DNA of 64,000 bases from Chiloscyllium plagiosum (Eukaryota). Location of the stretch: the NCBI RefSeq assembly GCF_004010195.1, contig NC_057751.1:1097968-1161967 (forward strand), in the 5' to 3' direction. The first letter of the stretch is position 1. Each line of letters opens with the position of its first letter. Position numbers and translations under genes: made by a program. Of this stretch, positions 12,281 through 26,275 are shown one piece after another. The notes under the pieces are model-generated. The model saw nothing but the letters and a program-made list of their open reading frames with translations, was not told where the DNA came from and did no database searches.

Positions 12281-12734
12281 CATAAGGATACTCATTCTGA
12301 ATTATGGTCTCAAAAGTTTACATGACGGAATGGGTAGCTCCTTAATTTCATTGTCTTTTTTTCAGTGTGTAAGTGACTATTTTGTGGACTGTTGTTTCAT
12401 GAGTTAATAGTTTGTTTCTGGTCAGTCTTGATGCCTGGTGTCCAGAAATCAGATTGAATCCTGGTTCTTTTCCAGCTTGGCACACTCTAAAGATTCCACA
12501 TCTGGTACATTATACCAGCACCAATAAATTTTACAGTTTATAGTTTAATGCTCTGGAGCCTAGAAGCGTAGCACGACAAATCAAAGACAGATCTTAGCTG
12601 AAGCAAAACGCCGTTTAGTTCCCAGCTCATTGCAACACCCTCCAGAGCTACAGAAAAAGGCTCACTGTGCATCTTGATTTCATTGCAAGCCTCCTCCATT
12701 CCAAAGGCATGTATTACAAAGAATGAGGTGCTCT

Positions 12735-13075
12735 TTAGTGCTGTTTAGCTCTTCAGCACATCCCAAAGGATATATCAGCCAATCAAGGACTTTGAAACTG
12801 TTGTCACTGTTACAATTTCTGAAAACAGTGCAACCATTTTGTTCTGCAAATTCCCAGAAATAACAATGAGGTTATGATCAGATTGTCTGTTTTAGTTTTT
12901 GACTGAGAGCTAAATATTGAGCAGGACACTGGAGAGAACTCCAAACTTCTTCAAAGTAGTTCCATGAGAACTTTTAAATTCATCTCAACCAAAAGATAGG
13001 ACTTTCGGTTTACGTTTTATCCAAAAAGACCACACCTCAATACTGCACTGAAGCCTACTTAATGCTCAAGGTTCA
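12735..13075 (-). mobile_element. Ancient Deu-domain (SacSINE/AmnSINE-like) SINE remnant
   Basis: Resembles the recalled Deu core (AAATATTG..CAGGACAC.GG.GAGAACTCC..CTTCTTC; TCGGTTTA.CGT.T.ATCC.AAAGAC). Similar to 57480-57830. Confidence 0.6.
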
Positions 13076-16000
13076 AATTTGTGAAAGGCAATTAAATCCC
13101 CACCTTCTCAGGAGCAACTAACGGCAGGCTATAAATACTGTCCCAGCCAGCGATGCCCACATCCCACCAGTCAATTTAAATAAGACTGATATCAGGTTGT
13201 ACTTTGCACACAAAGGGTGCTACAAAATCTGGATGTCTTTGTACCATTTGGAGCACTCAAGGCTGAATTTGATTGCGATACCATCAAGTGACCATGCCCC
13301 AGGATGATGTCGCAGTGGCTGGGAAAGGGAGTTGAGGTACAGTGCTGAGCAGCCAGTTCCAAACTGAACTGGTTGAGCAAATGTGAGCTGAGGTGGGTTC
13401 TCCTGTTCCTCATGTTCTGAAGGAGAATTTGGAAACACAGTTACTCAACTGGTAGTTGTGGCAGCAGTTCTGGTGTATCTGTAGTCATAGACAATTCAGA
13501 CAAGGGCACTCGCATTGTCAGCTCCTGTTGGACACATCCCTGTATATGACCTACTGCCTCTCATCTCCCCAGTGGGGTGTGACACTGAAGCTGAGTGCAA
13601 GTCTTCACCATCTGGTGGTGTAATCCTTGAAGGGCAGTCAAATAGTCCCTCTCCCCCTGGACATTCCAGTTGGAACAACTGATCAGAAAAAGTGTTCAAG
13701 GATTTGTATGAATCCCTATAATTATTTTCCACAGTGACCTGGAGATTAATCTCCAAGTTCTGGAGACATGAGTCTCGTGCTGGAGGGCTGATCACTGTAT
13801 CTACCACACAATGAAAGAATACAGTTGATTGTATTTGGTTTGTCTTGCAACCAAATCCCTGCACAGCACCAAAAGGGAATCGGGATTTCTCCCAGGATGA
13901 GTGAGGAAGCAACCAAGAGTAACCTTGCTGAATGAAAGCAAAATAAAGCTCGAGGACCTGATCTCAAAGACTTGGGGCCATTTGTAACTTTACTTACTGG
14001 CAAGGCATCTGGAGAGAAGTACATTTTCAATCCAACTGGAGTGGCATATATTGAGGCAAGGTACAAAATCTTGGACTCAATATGGCCAGAAGATCCCAGC
14101 CCTGCTGAGGGTGTGGAGAGCTTAATACTGAAGCCCAATTTGTATTCATTGTGTTCTTAGGAGTTGAGCTGTGTTGATGCGGTGATATTAGTCATCCATC
14201 TACCTATTGCTTGGCTTTTCAACCATATCAGCCAGTCCTATTAATTTGGGACTGGAGTTACATGCAGGTCCAGACTGGGTAACAGTGGCAGATTCCTTTC
14301 CCTAATGGATAGAAATTATCATTTTCATCCTCTGACCACAACTTGCCAATGACCAGATTAATCAAACTCAGTTTTGCAGCTTGCCTTTTTGAAGTTGTGA
14401 GCTGTGATTGTCTTGGTCAGGTTTGTGGCGACTTCAGACTGGCCGTGTACAGGCTCACTCATCCCTGTGTCAACGTGGCTTTGATTTGCAGAACCGGAAG
14501 AGAACCCATGACCTTCAGACAAGGTGTTTCACAAAGCCTCAGGTTTAACTCTGTCTGTGTGCCATGAGTAGGATAACGTTATCATTACATTCAAAGCTCT
14601 GGGGTAAAGTAAAAACTCGAGTACCAGTAAAAATGATCATGAGAAAATCAGGAGATGTCTGCTGACAATTACTGAACTGGGTTCACTGATGTCTTTTCAA
14701 GCTGCTGTGCTGACCTGCTTTAGGCCGATATTGAATTGACTTGAATTAAATTGAATGAGGTTTATTGTCACAAGTACTCAAATGAATACAGTGAAAAGTT
14801 TCTAAGTCACCACTTACAGAGCCATCTGAGGGTGCAGAGTACCCAGGTACAATCCTTACTTACAGAAATGAAGAAAATAAAGTTATGTTACAGCTATATC
14901 CATTACATATACATTACAGCTATACGTGGTTAAGCATAGGTCAGGAAAACACAAAGCAAAGTTCAGCAGACAAACATCACAGTTTCTTTCCCAGGTCTCC
15001 ACAGCAGTGAGCCTCCATGTGGTGTGACTGCTGGCTGCCACCATGCTCTGCACTGGGCTGCTGATTGCTGCTGCCCCTGAGATACATGACTCCAGTCCCA
15101 CCTCAGTGTAGCTGAACCTGAAAGAGCTCAGCAAAGCTCTGTGGTTCTCCAATTCTGACCAACAGACCAAGAAGGCAGCTCATCTCCACCACCATTTCAG
15201 GACAACTGGGGAATTGGAAATAGTTAGCAGCCCTATCAGTCATGTCCACATCCTGAGACATATTGACATGACTTTTGTTGACATGTGGATTATGAATCTG
15301 CACACTTTGTACAAAGACACACAAACCTACCAGTAGCACATATGCACATTTCTCTGTGTGGGTATTTTTCAGAAAATGCAACCGGAGATTAAAATCCTGT
15401 TGGTGAATGTGAAGTAAAGTTCATTTTTCAGAAAGTGGTTCACTCAACAAGTTGCTGAATCAGTGTGGATGACACTTCTCATCCTGGCCTGTTGCAGCTT
15501 GTTTCATTTGGGTGATATGAGAAGACTGCAATTCTGGCTTCTGCTCAAGTTGGACAGTTTAACTTGGAAACATGGGCCTTCAATTGCAAACAATCTTATG
15601 CTGTTTAAGGAGCTCCTCTACAAACTCCATCACATAATTAACTTTAGGCAGAGAGTGTTTGTGTACCCCTGTCACTATGCTTCCTGAGATATCATCGATC
15701 CAATCTAGCAACTCATTTCTGAGCATCCATGAGACGCTGTATGCAACAACAATGGCCAAAGTGTACTTCTACACAATTTGCATCTTCATGATTCAGCAGA
15801 TCCCCCAGCCCACCATTATTTGCAGATCATTGACCACTCTGCCAACACAGCTTGTGTGATGATGCCTGTACTTAGCATTGTAATATATAAAATACGAGTT
15901 CCCACACTCAGGGATGTGATAAAGTCCAGCACATCTGTTCTGATTCTGTTGCTTGGGGGATTAATATTGGCCTGAACATGGGGGCTAACTCCCCTGTTCT

Positions 16001-16094
16001 TCTTTGAATTGGTGCCTATCATTAGGTGTCTCTACAGATTGCTATGCAGATAGTCGCTATGTTAAATAGGATGAATCATTGTTCCACAAAGCAC

Positions 16095-17520
16095 AGTCAT
16101 AGAGATGTACAGCATGGAAGCAGACACTTCAGTCCAACCCGTCCATGCCGACCAGATATCCCAACCCAATCTCGTCCCACCTGCCAGCACCCAGCCCATA
16201 ACCCTTCAAACCCTTCCTATTCATATACCCATCCAGATACCTTTTAAATGTTGTCATTGTACCAGCCTCCACCACTTTCTCTGGCAGCTCATTCTATACA
16301 CGGACCACCCTCTGGGTGAAAACATTGTCCCTTAGGTCACTTTCAAATCTTTCCTGTCTCGCCCTAAACCTATATCTTCTAGTTTCGTACTCCCCCACCC
16401 CAAAGGAGAGAAGATCTTCTCTATTCACTCTATCCATGCAACTTAGAAATGGTGGACGCTGGGAAATTGTTTCCGTCAGGCGGGGATACTAGGACTCGTG
16501 GGCACAGCATTAGAATTAGAGGGGGTCAATTTAGAACAGAAGTGAGGAGACATTTCTTCAGCCAGAGAGTGGTAGACATTTGGAATTCATTGCTACAGAG
16601 TGCAGTGGAGGCCGGGATGTTAAACTCTTCAAGGCAGAGATTGATAAATTCTTAATCTTGCAAGGAAGTAAGGGATACAGGGAGAGTGCGGGTATGTGGC
16701 TTTGAAATGCCCATCAGCCATGATTGAATGGTGGAGTGGACTCGATGGGCTGAATGGCCTTACTTTCACTCCTATTTCTTATGGTCTTATGATTTCATAA
16801 ACCTATATGAGGTCACCCCTCAGCCTCCGAAGCTCCAGGGAAAACAGTCCCAGCCTAATCAGCATCTCCCTGTAGCTCAAACCCTCCAACCCTGGCAACA
16901 TCCTTGTAAATCTTTGCTGAACACTTTGAAGTTTCACAAAATCATTCCAAAAGGAGGGAGACCAGCAGTGTTCCAAAAGTGACCGAACCAATGCCCTGTA
17001 CAGCTGCAACGTGATCTCCCAACTTCTATACTCAGTGCTCTGTCCAATAAAGGAAAGCATACCAAATCCTTCTTCACTATCCTACCTACCTACAACTCCA
17101 CTTTCAAGGAACTATGAACCTGCACTCCAAGGTCTTTGTTCAGCAACACTACCCAGGTCCCTAACATTAAGTGTATGAGTCTTGCACTGATTTGCTTTCC
17201 CAAACTGCAGCAACTCACATTTATCTAAATTAAGCTCCATCTGCTACTCCTCAGCCCATTGGCCCATCTGATCGAGATCCCGTTGTAATCTGAGGTAACC
17301 CTCACTGTCCCCTACACCTCCAATTTTGGTGTCATTTACCAACTTACTAACTATACCTCTTATGTTCATATCCAAACCATTTGTATAAATGATAAAGCAG
17401 TGGACCCAGCACCAATCCTTGTAGCATACAGTGGTCACAGGCCTCCAATTGGAAAAATGACCCTCTACCACCACCCTCTGTCTTCTACCTTTGAGCCAGT
17501 TCTGTATCCAAATAGCTACT
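16095..17520 (-). mobile_element. CR1 LINE fragment containing a nested opposite-strand CR1
   Basis: Minus-strand RT motifs WIQNWL..RRQRVVV and RLGLFSLELRRLRGDL; the host continues across 16441-16790. Confidence 0.88.
16441..16790 (+). mobile_element. CR1 LINE 3' end nested in an older CR1
   Basis: TRGHSIRIRGGQFRTEVRRHFFSQRVVDIWN followed by a (TCTTATGG)-type tail. Confidence 0.88.
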
Positions 17521-17549
17521 AAACTGGAATTTGATGTCACATTCTTCCA

Positions 17550-18200
17550 GTCTCTTGTTTTCTCACAAGTTTTGAATTTTCACGTCTTTGGAAGGACTTT
17601 TTGTGACATCCAAGGGTTAATCAAATTCTCAGTGGCTCTCTCTGTGATTGGTGCTGAGATAACGTACCTGTCTGACTGCCTTTGGCTGACAGGAAATTCA
17701 CAAGAACAGTCATTTGATTTTTGGGAACCATCCGAGAAGGTGTTGCGTCTATGGTAAAAGTCGAATTAGCGTTCTATACAAAATATATAACATTGTCATG
17801 ACTCAGGAGTTACTCTGGATCGTGAACATCCTGGGATCATGAAACCCATGGGTTCGACTCCAAATTCTTTTTCAAATGAAGTACCTTCAGTTCCAACACC
17901 AGAGTTCATGTTTGAGTCAAATATGACCCTTCTTAAGGAACAGTCTTTGAAACTGAGAGCTAAATTTCAACTTTGGAAGTAATGATGAATTTCATCGTCT
18001 GTGACTCTCTTTTGAAAGCGAGGATTCCCAAAGTATGGGAAATGATTCATATTTTCCAGGATACTGCCGTTGGTCTGAGTCAATGTAAAGAGTTGCTGTG
18101 TTTTAGATCAACCTATTAGAAAGGACTTGAATCTCCAACACACCTAAAAAGTCCTTTGGATAGCCCGGGGCATGTGCTAGATAACTGAGGACTTCACAAG
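17550..18200 (-). mobile_element. Decayed RTE-clade LINE fragment
   Basis: Minus strand reads LENMNHFPYFG...TDDEIHH, like the RTE motif LExVxxFxYLGS...IDDEI. Confidence 0.5.
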
Positions 18201-19699
18201 GAGCAGTCAGGGTGGTAAAAGTCGCAGCTGATTTGTACACAGCAAGATCCCAGAAACATTCATGGAGGGAAATGTCGATAATTTTTTTTCCCCCGCTGGT
18301 GCTGATTGGAGGTTTGGAATTCGGCCAGAGAAGATCTCATGAAACCAGCTGTTCTGACAACTGAGCTGCACAGGGCACGGTGAAGACCAAAATGGCTTCC
18401 TCAAGACTAAACAGTTCTTCCCTCATTAAAACAAAACTTGCAGAGAAAATAAAAGCTGGGAGTAATTGGAAACAACCAGGCACTTCATTAATCCTCCTCC
18501 ATTTCAGCAACTTAAACTCGCTGTCAGCTACATATTCTCATCCTGGCTTTCTCAAAGGAATGGCTGACAGTTGCCAAGTTATGGATTCAGTTTTTAATAA
18601 CAGTTAGTACAAACATCATAAATTTTAAGCTGCAAGGGAGGATTTTTTTTGAAAGATGCCCAGTTTGAGGTTTAATTTTTTTTCTCTGTGTGCTGCACCA
18701 GATGTTTGCACTCAGCCTATACCTGACATGGTACTTTGTAATGGCAATCACTGTATTTATGTGGAGTGAAAGACCCATAAATATGTCAGCACTTGAATTA
18801 TATGATAGCATATTTCACAATTTTCTATTTTAAAATGGTGAGTTATGGCAGCAGAAATGTGTCCCCATTAAAGGTGCTATGATGTATTTTCTGCCTTGTT
18901 TAGAAGAACATCAATTTCTCCAGCAATAAAGAAAGTTGGTCCTACATTTACTCTTTCTCTTTCACCCTCCTGTCTGCGATAATTTACAGCACTCAGGCAC
19001 TCCAGCCTCTTGGCAGTGTTACACTGCATGCAACTAAATAACCTTTGCAAGGTTTAAAATGTGTTGCTGTAGTCTCAATGAGCTGGGTATATCGATTGGA
19101 GCTTTGCAGAAAGAATGCTGAAGGAGTGTTGAGGCGGACTGCTGGTGCTACAGTGGGACAGCAAAGAAGATCAATGACCTGCTCCATGATAGAGTGCTCT
19201 GAGACACGGCCTAATGATTTGTCTCGTTCAGGATCCACAGCCTGTGCTTTTTTCTCTCCCCCATCCTGGAGGTTCCAAGCGCTGAGAGGGGGAGATTAAT
19301 GGAGCTGTTGGGTGAACAATCACGAGTACAGGCACAACAGAAAACTGCAGCTTCTTGCAAAGCCCTCATAAACCCACCAACCTTCACATCGCAAGCAGCC
19401 AGTGTGAAGAAGGAGGCTCATTGTCAGGGAAATGGCTGCAGGAAGTCCATGGTTCTGAGACTGCACTTGTGAAAGTCAGCGAAGGACAGAATCCTTTTAT
19501 GCCAAGTAGATGTGAACACAATGAACTTAGACTATGTGTGTGTGTGCTCTCAGAACACATACATCTCTCTAGCGCCTTTCACAGCCTCAGGCCACTCGTA
19601 CTCTAGAAATGTCTTCATTACTGTGACGTGACGGTAGTAAACGCTGGGAGAAAGTTGTGCTCTACAAGGTCCCACAGGTGGCAGTGGGATTATGACAAG

Positions 19700-19930
19700 G
19701 CAATTTTTTTTTGTCATCTTAGTTGAGGGATGAATATGGGTCAGGACATGACAGAGATTCACAAGCTGTTATTCCATTAGCAACATTGGATTCATTTACA
19801 TCCATTTGAGGAATATGCTTCAATGACTCATCTGAAAGATGGCACCTCCAATAGTGCAGCACTCCCTTAGTACATCACTAGGAAAGTCAGTCTGGATAAT
19901 GATTCTCAGGTCTGTGTAGCCTCGGATTCA
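19700..19930 (-). mobile_element. Deu-domain-like SINE remnant
   Basis: CTCATCTGAAAGATGGCACCTCCAATAGTGCAGCACTCCCTTAGTAC, containing a single copy of the minisatellite core. Confidence 0.6.
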
Positions 19931-20879
19931 AGGTGTTTGTGCACCTCACTTGGCAGCGGAGAGCACTGATGACTTATTTTCCAGTTAGATCAGCAACAAA
20001 TTATCTGAGTTCCATTCCCCTCCGGGCAGTGAAATGGGTGGGGAGGGGATGGGGATGGTGTTGGGGAGTTTCTTCAGTGGGACAGGCACTAGACGATACT
20101 AGTTTAGCAATACTACCCTCAGAGAAAAAAATCAGGAAGAGACAGCTGGTGTGATGGGGGTAGAGAGGAGGTGGTTATTCCTTTGAGTTGAGACACATTG
20201 TTGGACTGATATATAAAGAATAACACTGTGTGCTGAATCCATTTAATATCTAGCCAAGTCATGATATTTGCTGGCAAGAAGTGCTCCATTTCCCAGAAAT
20301 GTCATCATTCACTTCAATGACAAGCTGACAGGCACAAAAATAGGTTGCTAATTAGTTATTTTTCAAAACGTATATACCTGAAGTGAATGATATTAACACA
20401 GGAAACTATTATTTTTATGTTCTCTTTTCGTGTTTGTAGAGAACAGTTCCAAGCTTTTGTACATGCTGTCAGTTTGGTATTCCAATCTGGGCTCTGTTTC
20501 TGTTAGACACTGAGATTGCCAATTTGCAGAGGAAAATAAATGATCCCACTGCCTAACAACATGACTGTGGTGTGCACAAAAACAGAATCCATGGTGTGGG
20601 CTGCAGTCAGCTGATCAAATAAATCGTACAAGGTAGCAATGGAGTCGAGCAGGAGATTTCAGAAGTTCGCCCTACAGTGGCACCTAGCAGTGGGAGTCTG
20701 CAACTACACTGTGACTGTTGACATGGCAAAAGCTAATCTAACAATTAATGAGTGTGTTCCAAACCTGTGTCAACAAGAAGCTAGACTGAGGCATGGACAT
20801 GCTTGATTTTTAAGGATAATTTTCTTTAGTTCTTGTGCTCAGTTCTGAGCCTCTTTTCCTTGACTGGCAGTGAGATATC

Positions 20880-21190
20880 CCTGGACAAGGGGACATAGTC
20901 TCCAAATTAGGGGGAGCAGATCTAGGACTGAATTGAGAAGGCACTTGTTTACCCAGAGGGTGAATCTATGAAATTCCCTGCTCAGTGAAGTAGTTGAGGC
21001 TTCCTCAGTAAATGTTTTTAAAGCTAAGATAGATAATATTTTGAACAGTAAAGGTATTAAAGGTTATGGTGAGAGGGTGGATAAATGGAGTTCGGGCCAT
21101 GAAAAAAATCAGCCATGATCTTATTGAGTGGTGGAGAAGCCTCGAAGGGCCAGATAATCCACTCCTGCTCCTGGGTCTTATGTTCTTATA
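20880..21190 (+). mobile_element. CR1 LINE 3' fragment
   Basis: TRGHSLQIRG-like segment and TCTTATGTTCTTAT tail. Confidence 0.8.
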
Positions 21191-21477
21191 ACTCCTTCAT
21201 TGCTCTGTCTTACATTCCTCAAGTCACCCCTCTCCATTTCAATCCATTCAGTCCAGATCATCCACATCATTCAAAGTATACCTCCATTCACTTTCGGACT
21301 GTCACCAAGCCACTCATTCCCCTGCCCTGGATTTTCTCAAATCACTCTGTATTCAGACACAACATTTGTTCATCTGCCTCTGGCCTTTTGTACATCTCTG
21401 CAATTACTCCCCCTTCACCAACCTTTGACATTCATGGAATGCCCTCCCAGTAGCAGTGGTGGACTCTCCCTCTTTAT

Positions 21478-21611
21478 GAGCACTTAAACGGGCATTGGAT
21501 AGGCATATGGAGGATAGTGGGCTAGTGTAGGTTAGATGGGCTTGGATCGGCGCAACATCGAGGGCCAAAGGGCCTGTACTGCGCTGTATTCTTCTATGTT
21601 CTATGTTCTAT
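21478..21611 (+). mobile_element. Short CR1 3' tail
   Basis: GGGCCAAAGGGCCTGTACTGCGCTG followed by (TTCTATG)n. Confidence 0.75.
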
Positions 21612-21954
21612 GCCTTCGGCCTCCACGAGTCCTCAACTCTGGAATTCCTTCACCTCCCCACTCTATCTCCTTGCCCAAGCTTTTGGAACCTTTAGGAATA
21701 CCTTTGGACACCTTGGGGCTATGAAAGGCATTGTAAAATGTTGAGCTTTCCTTTCTTTAAGCTGCCCCAGCTGGATGTTTTCATCAACCATGAAGAATCG
21801 TCAAAAAGTAAACCATTGACAGATAAACTGTCAAGTTTAACAACAATCCCCGCTGCTGGTTGTGGAGCTCCTATCATTGTGGATCTTGCGTCTTCCAAAA
21901 GCCATTAATGCAAGTCCATGAAAAACTATTCAAATGATGCATATGTCATTTCAC

Positions 21955-22147
21955 AACACCAGGTTATAGTCCAACAGGTTTAATCGGAAGCACAGAAGCT
22001 TTCGGAGCGACACTCCTTCATCAGGTGGTTGTGGAGGAGCAATGCTCCGAAAGCTAGTGTGCTTCCGATTAAACCTGTTGGACTATAACCTGGTGTTGTG
22101 TGACTTTTAACTTTGTACACCCCAGTCCAACACCAGTACCTTCAAAT
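21955..22147. mobile_element. Inverted-pair PLE hammerhead element (family B) with 13-bp TSD
   Basis: TATGTCATTTCAC at 21942-21954 and 22148-22160. ~57-bp inverted arms. Minus-strand core CTGATGA-A-GGAG..CTCC-GAAA-GCT (22000-22024). Confidence 0.85.
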
Positions 22148-24817
22148 TATGTCATTTCACTATTCATCAATTTGCATTCAAAGTGACCAGGACCGTTCTG
22201 TTTTTCTCCTATAATTAGTGACTCCCCCATGTTTAATACTGAGAAAATAACCAAGCTGGAGACAGAGAGAGACTGAAATTTTGGAAACACACCCCAAACA
22301 GCCACCGAATGGCTGCAGCCTGCCACAACACTATGACAGATAAATGTTTACATTGTAGAGTTTCTACTCTGAGAGGCTCCACAATGGCAGCCTCAGTGCT
22401 CCACTTTTGATGTTCAGATGGGTCTACACAATCTCAGCGATCAGAAGTTGAGCAGCAAGTGTCATGGATTTTCCGGCAGATAGATTGTTGGAATTGTGGA
22501 TTATGGAAAACTGAAAACCAGGAATATCAGATTGTCAGTAATAAATTGAATTGGGCACTAGTCAGGAATCGTGTACAACCAGAGAGTTAATGAGACTGTG
22601 AGCCTTGCTAACCCAGTGAGGTGAATAGTTTCGATCCATTCAGGGGATATTTGATAAACATCTGAGGGAGAAAGCATCGAAGAAAATATCAATAGACAGA
22701 GAGTTGGAGCAGGACAGCGGGGGGTTTGCACAAAGCAGAAGCACAATGGTTTGTTTTTGTATCCTGAATTCAATCTAATATTTGCACCTCATTAGCAAAT
22801 TAATCCCAAATTCAAAACTTCAGTTAGATCTTTCAGCTCATTTCAATTGGACTCAAACCAGTTCAGGCTGAAGCCTGGTCCTTTTGTTCATCCACGCTAC
22901 ACTAGATGCTTTTAATGCAGGAATATGTTTATTCTGAAACTGTTTGTAATAATGGAGCATTAAAAAAGGATTGCCCAGAGTAACTCCAATTGCCTACATA
23001 TGTACAATGCAACCAATTCTATATCCCCAGTGTACTAACACGGCCAAGGAATTTTGGATGAAGAGAACTTTACTGAACCCTGTTTACATGGGGAATCTAA
23101 GTGTGATTTAACAAACGTGGTCTTAATTAACTGTGCTCACTTTGCTCACTTCCACAGTTTAACACAGAGCAGATGCGAGACAGAGAGCCAATCAAATGGA
23201 GGTTTTTTTCCTGAAACTTGGCACTCACTAACACTCATAAATCATTCTGTGATGCCCTGAATCAGCAGATTTCACAAAACGGAGACTATTCAGCCCATCA
23301 TCCCAGTGGTTGTCTCATTGAAAATGTTGACTTCATTGACCGATTCCCCCCACTATCCTGGGACTGTTATGACTAAGCCAATGTTTTTATCCATTTTTCT
23401 TTTTAAAGCCTTTCCGAATCGGTGTGCCTCCCCTCCCCAGATACTAGTTGCAGCATTCAGAGTCTTAAGAAGCTTTGTGTAAAAGAGGAATTTCTGTCAC
23501 CTCTGTTTGTGCCTTTGTTAAATGTCGCTCCACTAGTTAACACTGAACTGAACACTGGAAATAATATGATGCAATTTACTTTTCAAAACTTTACATCGCG
23601 TCTCTTGAGTTTATCTTATCCCACTCTTGGTTTTCTTAGTTCATTTGTGCTGTGTGATGCAATTTGGGACTTTTTTTTACATTAAATGCACATCGGGGTG
23701 AACCAGCTTAAATTCAAAACACTCAGTTGTAAGGCCTTGATTCTCAGTCAAACATACAGGCCAAGAAATCCTCAGTTCAAAATGAAAGATGCACTGGAAC
23801 CCCCAGTGACTGATGGTACAATGGCCTTGTTCCCACTTTCCCCAATCCTATGCTGAGAACATAAATGGAGATTCTGCCTTGTAACTCAGGATTGCTGTGC
23901 GCTATACCAGTCACTAAACTATTCCTCAGACAACTGCAGAAAGCTTGGGTAGACCAAGATGAATGATGCCACTCCCTGTATCGTCAGAGTTCAAAAGGGC
24001 AGACAAAAAAAAAGCCATGAAAACATTCCAGTGCCTAGCTTTAAGTTCCCACATGAATAAAATGGTGTGGACGACTGAGAATCACAAGCCTGCGTTTAAA
24101 AATATGAACTGACTTTGATGTCTGTTTCACGCAAGAAAGCGTAATTCACCCGAACACTTGGGCTTGAACCAGCTAGCTTTGACATTTTGATTTATCACCT
24201 CTCATTTCCTCTTGCCCAATAACACAGCCTTGCCCATGTGGCAAAGCTACAATGTAATACTAAACAGTGCTGGGCTTGATTCAAAGTGGGGGTGTGGTGT
24301 AAACACTGGATAGGTCAAATTCAATTAAACAGCCTTGAACAAAGCACCATTCACAGTGAAAACAAAGCATTTCTTATTATCTTGATAGGTATAGTTCAGC
24401 AACTTGATAGTGGCCCTGTCTCTCATTTTCCAATCCATATGCACTACAGAACGGTGCTCACAAGGCAGGATCTTTGAATAAAATCCTAATGCCCTGATTA
24501 GTCCTCAGCGGGAGTCCTGGACACCATTATGGAAGGTCACAGTTTGGAGAAGGTGAAGGGGAGATTTGAGACAAGGGGCGATTGTGTGGGGAGGTTTGAC
24601 AACAGCTTGGATGGTTCTCCTTCAAACAGTGGAAGGTTAAAGAAACATTCAGTGGAGTTGTTCAAAATGATGAACTATTTTTATGATCCTAAGAACCTAG
24701 CAGGAGAGTGAGGAAACAGGCAGCAAAATAATTGGTGAAGGAATTTGTTTGGTAAAGTAATAGTTCTGAAAGGGTTAAGCTCTGCCCAGTCTCCAGTCTT
24801 GGCGTGGACAAGAGGCA

Positions 24818-24910
24818 GAGTCGAAAAGTGTGGGCGCTGGAAAAGCACAGCAGGTCAGGCAGCATTCGAGGAGCAGGAATATCGACGTTTGGGCAGAAGC
24901 CCTTCAGGAC
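24818..24910 (-). mobile_element. Family-A PLE tail with partly deleted hammerhead
   Basis: Reverse complement reads CCTGAAGGGCTTCTGCCCAAACGTCGAT...GCTGCCTGACCTGCTGTGCTTTTCCAGC. Confidence 0.75.
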
Positions 24911-25313
24911 TTCTCCTTTCCACTGTTCGTGGCTAACAATGGATTATCCTGCTTTTGATGTCAAACTAGCCAACATACAAGATCATTGGGCCTGTGCTCT
25001 CAATCTATGCCCTGAATCCACCATGGCAGCTGGAAGAATGTAATTTCAATAAACTAATAACTGCTACTCTCTTGAGTAATCATCACAAAACTGCTGGATT
25101 GACAGTAAGGACCCTTCTGGTTCACTTCAGGAGGAAATTGATATCCTGAGCAGGTCAATGACTGCACATGACCCCATACTCACAACAATGTGTTTGAATC
25201 TGAACTGGCCTCTGCAAGCTCTCAGTTGTATCAAAGTGCTGCGGAAGATGGCACTGTGGATGGTCTACAATGATGTAGGAAGGCCCACCAACACTCACCT
25301 TCTCAAAAAACAT

Positions 25314-26275
25314 TAGAACAAAGAAAATTTACAGCCCAGGAACAGGCCATCCGGCCCTCCAAGCCTGAGGCCGATCCAAATCCACTGTCTAAACTATCGC
25401 CCAATTCCTCAGCATCTGTACCCCTCTGCTCCCCACCTACTCATGCATCTGTCCAGACGCATCTTAAATGAATCTCACATGCCTGCCTCTACCACCTCTG
25501 TTGGCAACGCGTTCCAAACGCCCACCACCCTCTGTGTGAAGTACTTGCCGCGTGTATCCCCCTTAAACTTTCCACCTCCCACCTTGAACTCCTGACCTCT
25601 CATTACTGAATCTCTCACCATGGGAAAAAGTTGATTTCTATCCACCGTGTCTATACCCTTCATGATTGTGTAGCCCTCAGTCAGGTCCCCCCCCAATCTC
25701 CTTTGTTTGATTGAAAACAAACCTAACCTAATCAATCCCTCTTCATAGCTCGCACCTTCCATACCAGGCAACATCCTCGTAAACCTTCTCCACACCCTCT
25801 CCAAAGCATCCACATCCTTTTGGTAATGTGGCGACCAGGACTGTACACAGTATTCCAAATGCGGCCAAACCAAATTCCTGTACAATTTTAACATACCTTG
25901 CCAGCTCTTATACTCAATACCCCGTCCGATGAAGGCAAGGATACCGTATGCCCTCTTGGCCACTCTATCCACCTGTGCAACAACTTTCAGGGTACAATGG
26001 AACTGCATTCCCAGATCTCTCTGCCCATCAACTTTTCCCAAGGCTCTTCCGTTTACAATATAGTTCGCTCTAGAATTAGACTTCCCAAAATGCATCACCT
26101 CACATTTGCCTGGATTGAACTCCATCTGCCACCTCTCTGCCCAACTCTCCAGTCTATCGATATTCTCCTGTATTCTTTGACAGTTCCCTATGATTTCTGC
26201 TACTCTACCAATCCTGGTGTCATCTGCAAACCTACTGATCAGACCAACAATGCATTCTTCCAGATCATTTATGTA
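25314..26275 (-). mobile_element. CR1/HER1-type LINE 3' fragment
   Basis: ORF 25475-26125 with MEFNPGKCEVMHFG, PHLEYCVQSWSP and FTQRVVGVWNALP. Confidence 0.93.

Noticed and set aside
20100..20260. Faint resemblance to LF-SINE
   Set aside because: Only short matches to a consensus recalled from memory; needs a Dfam search.
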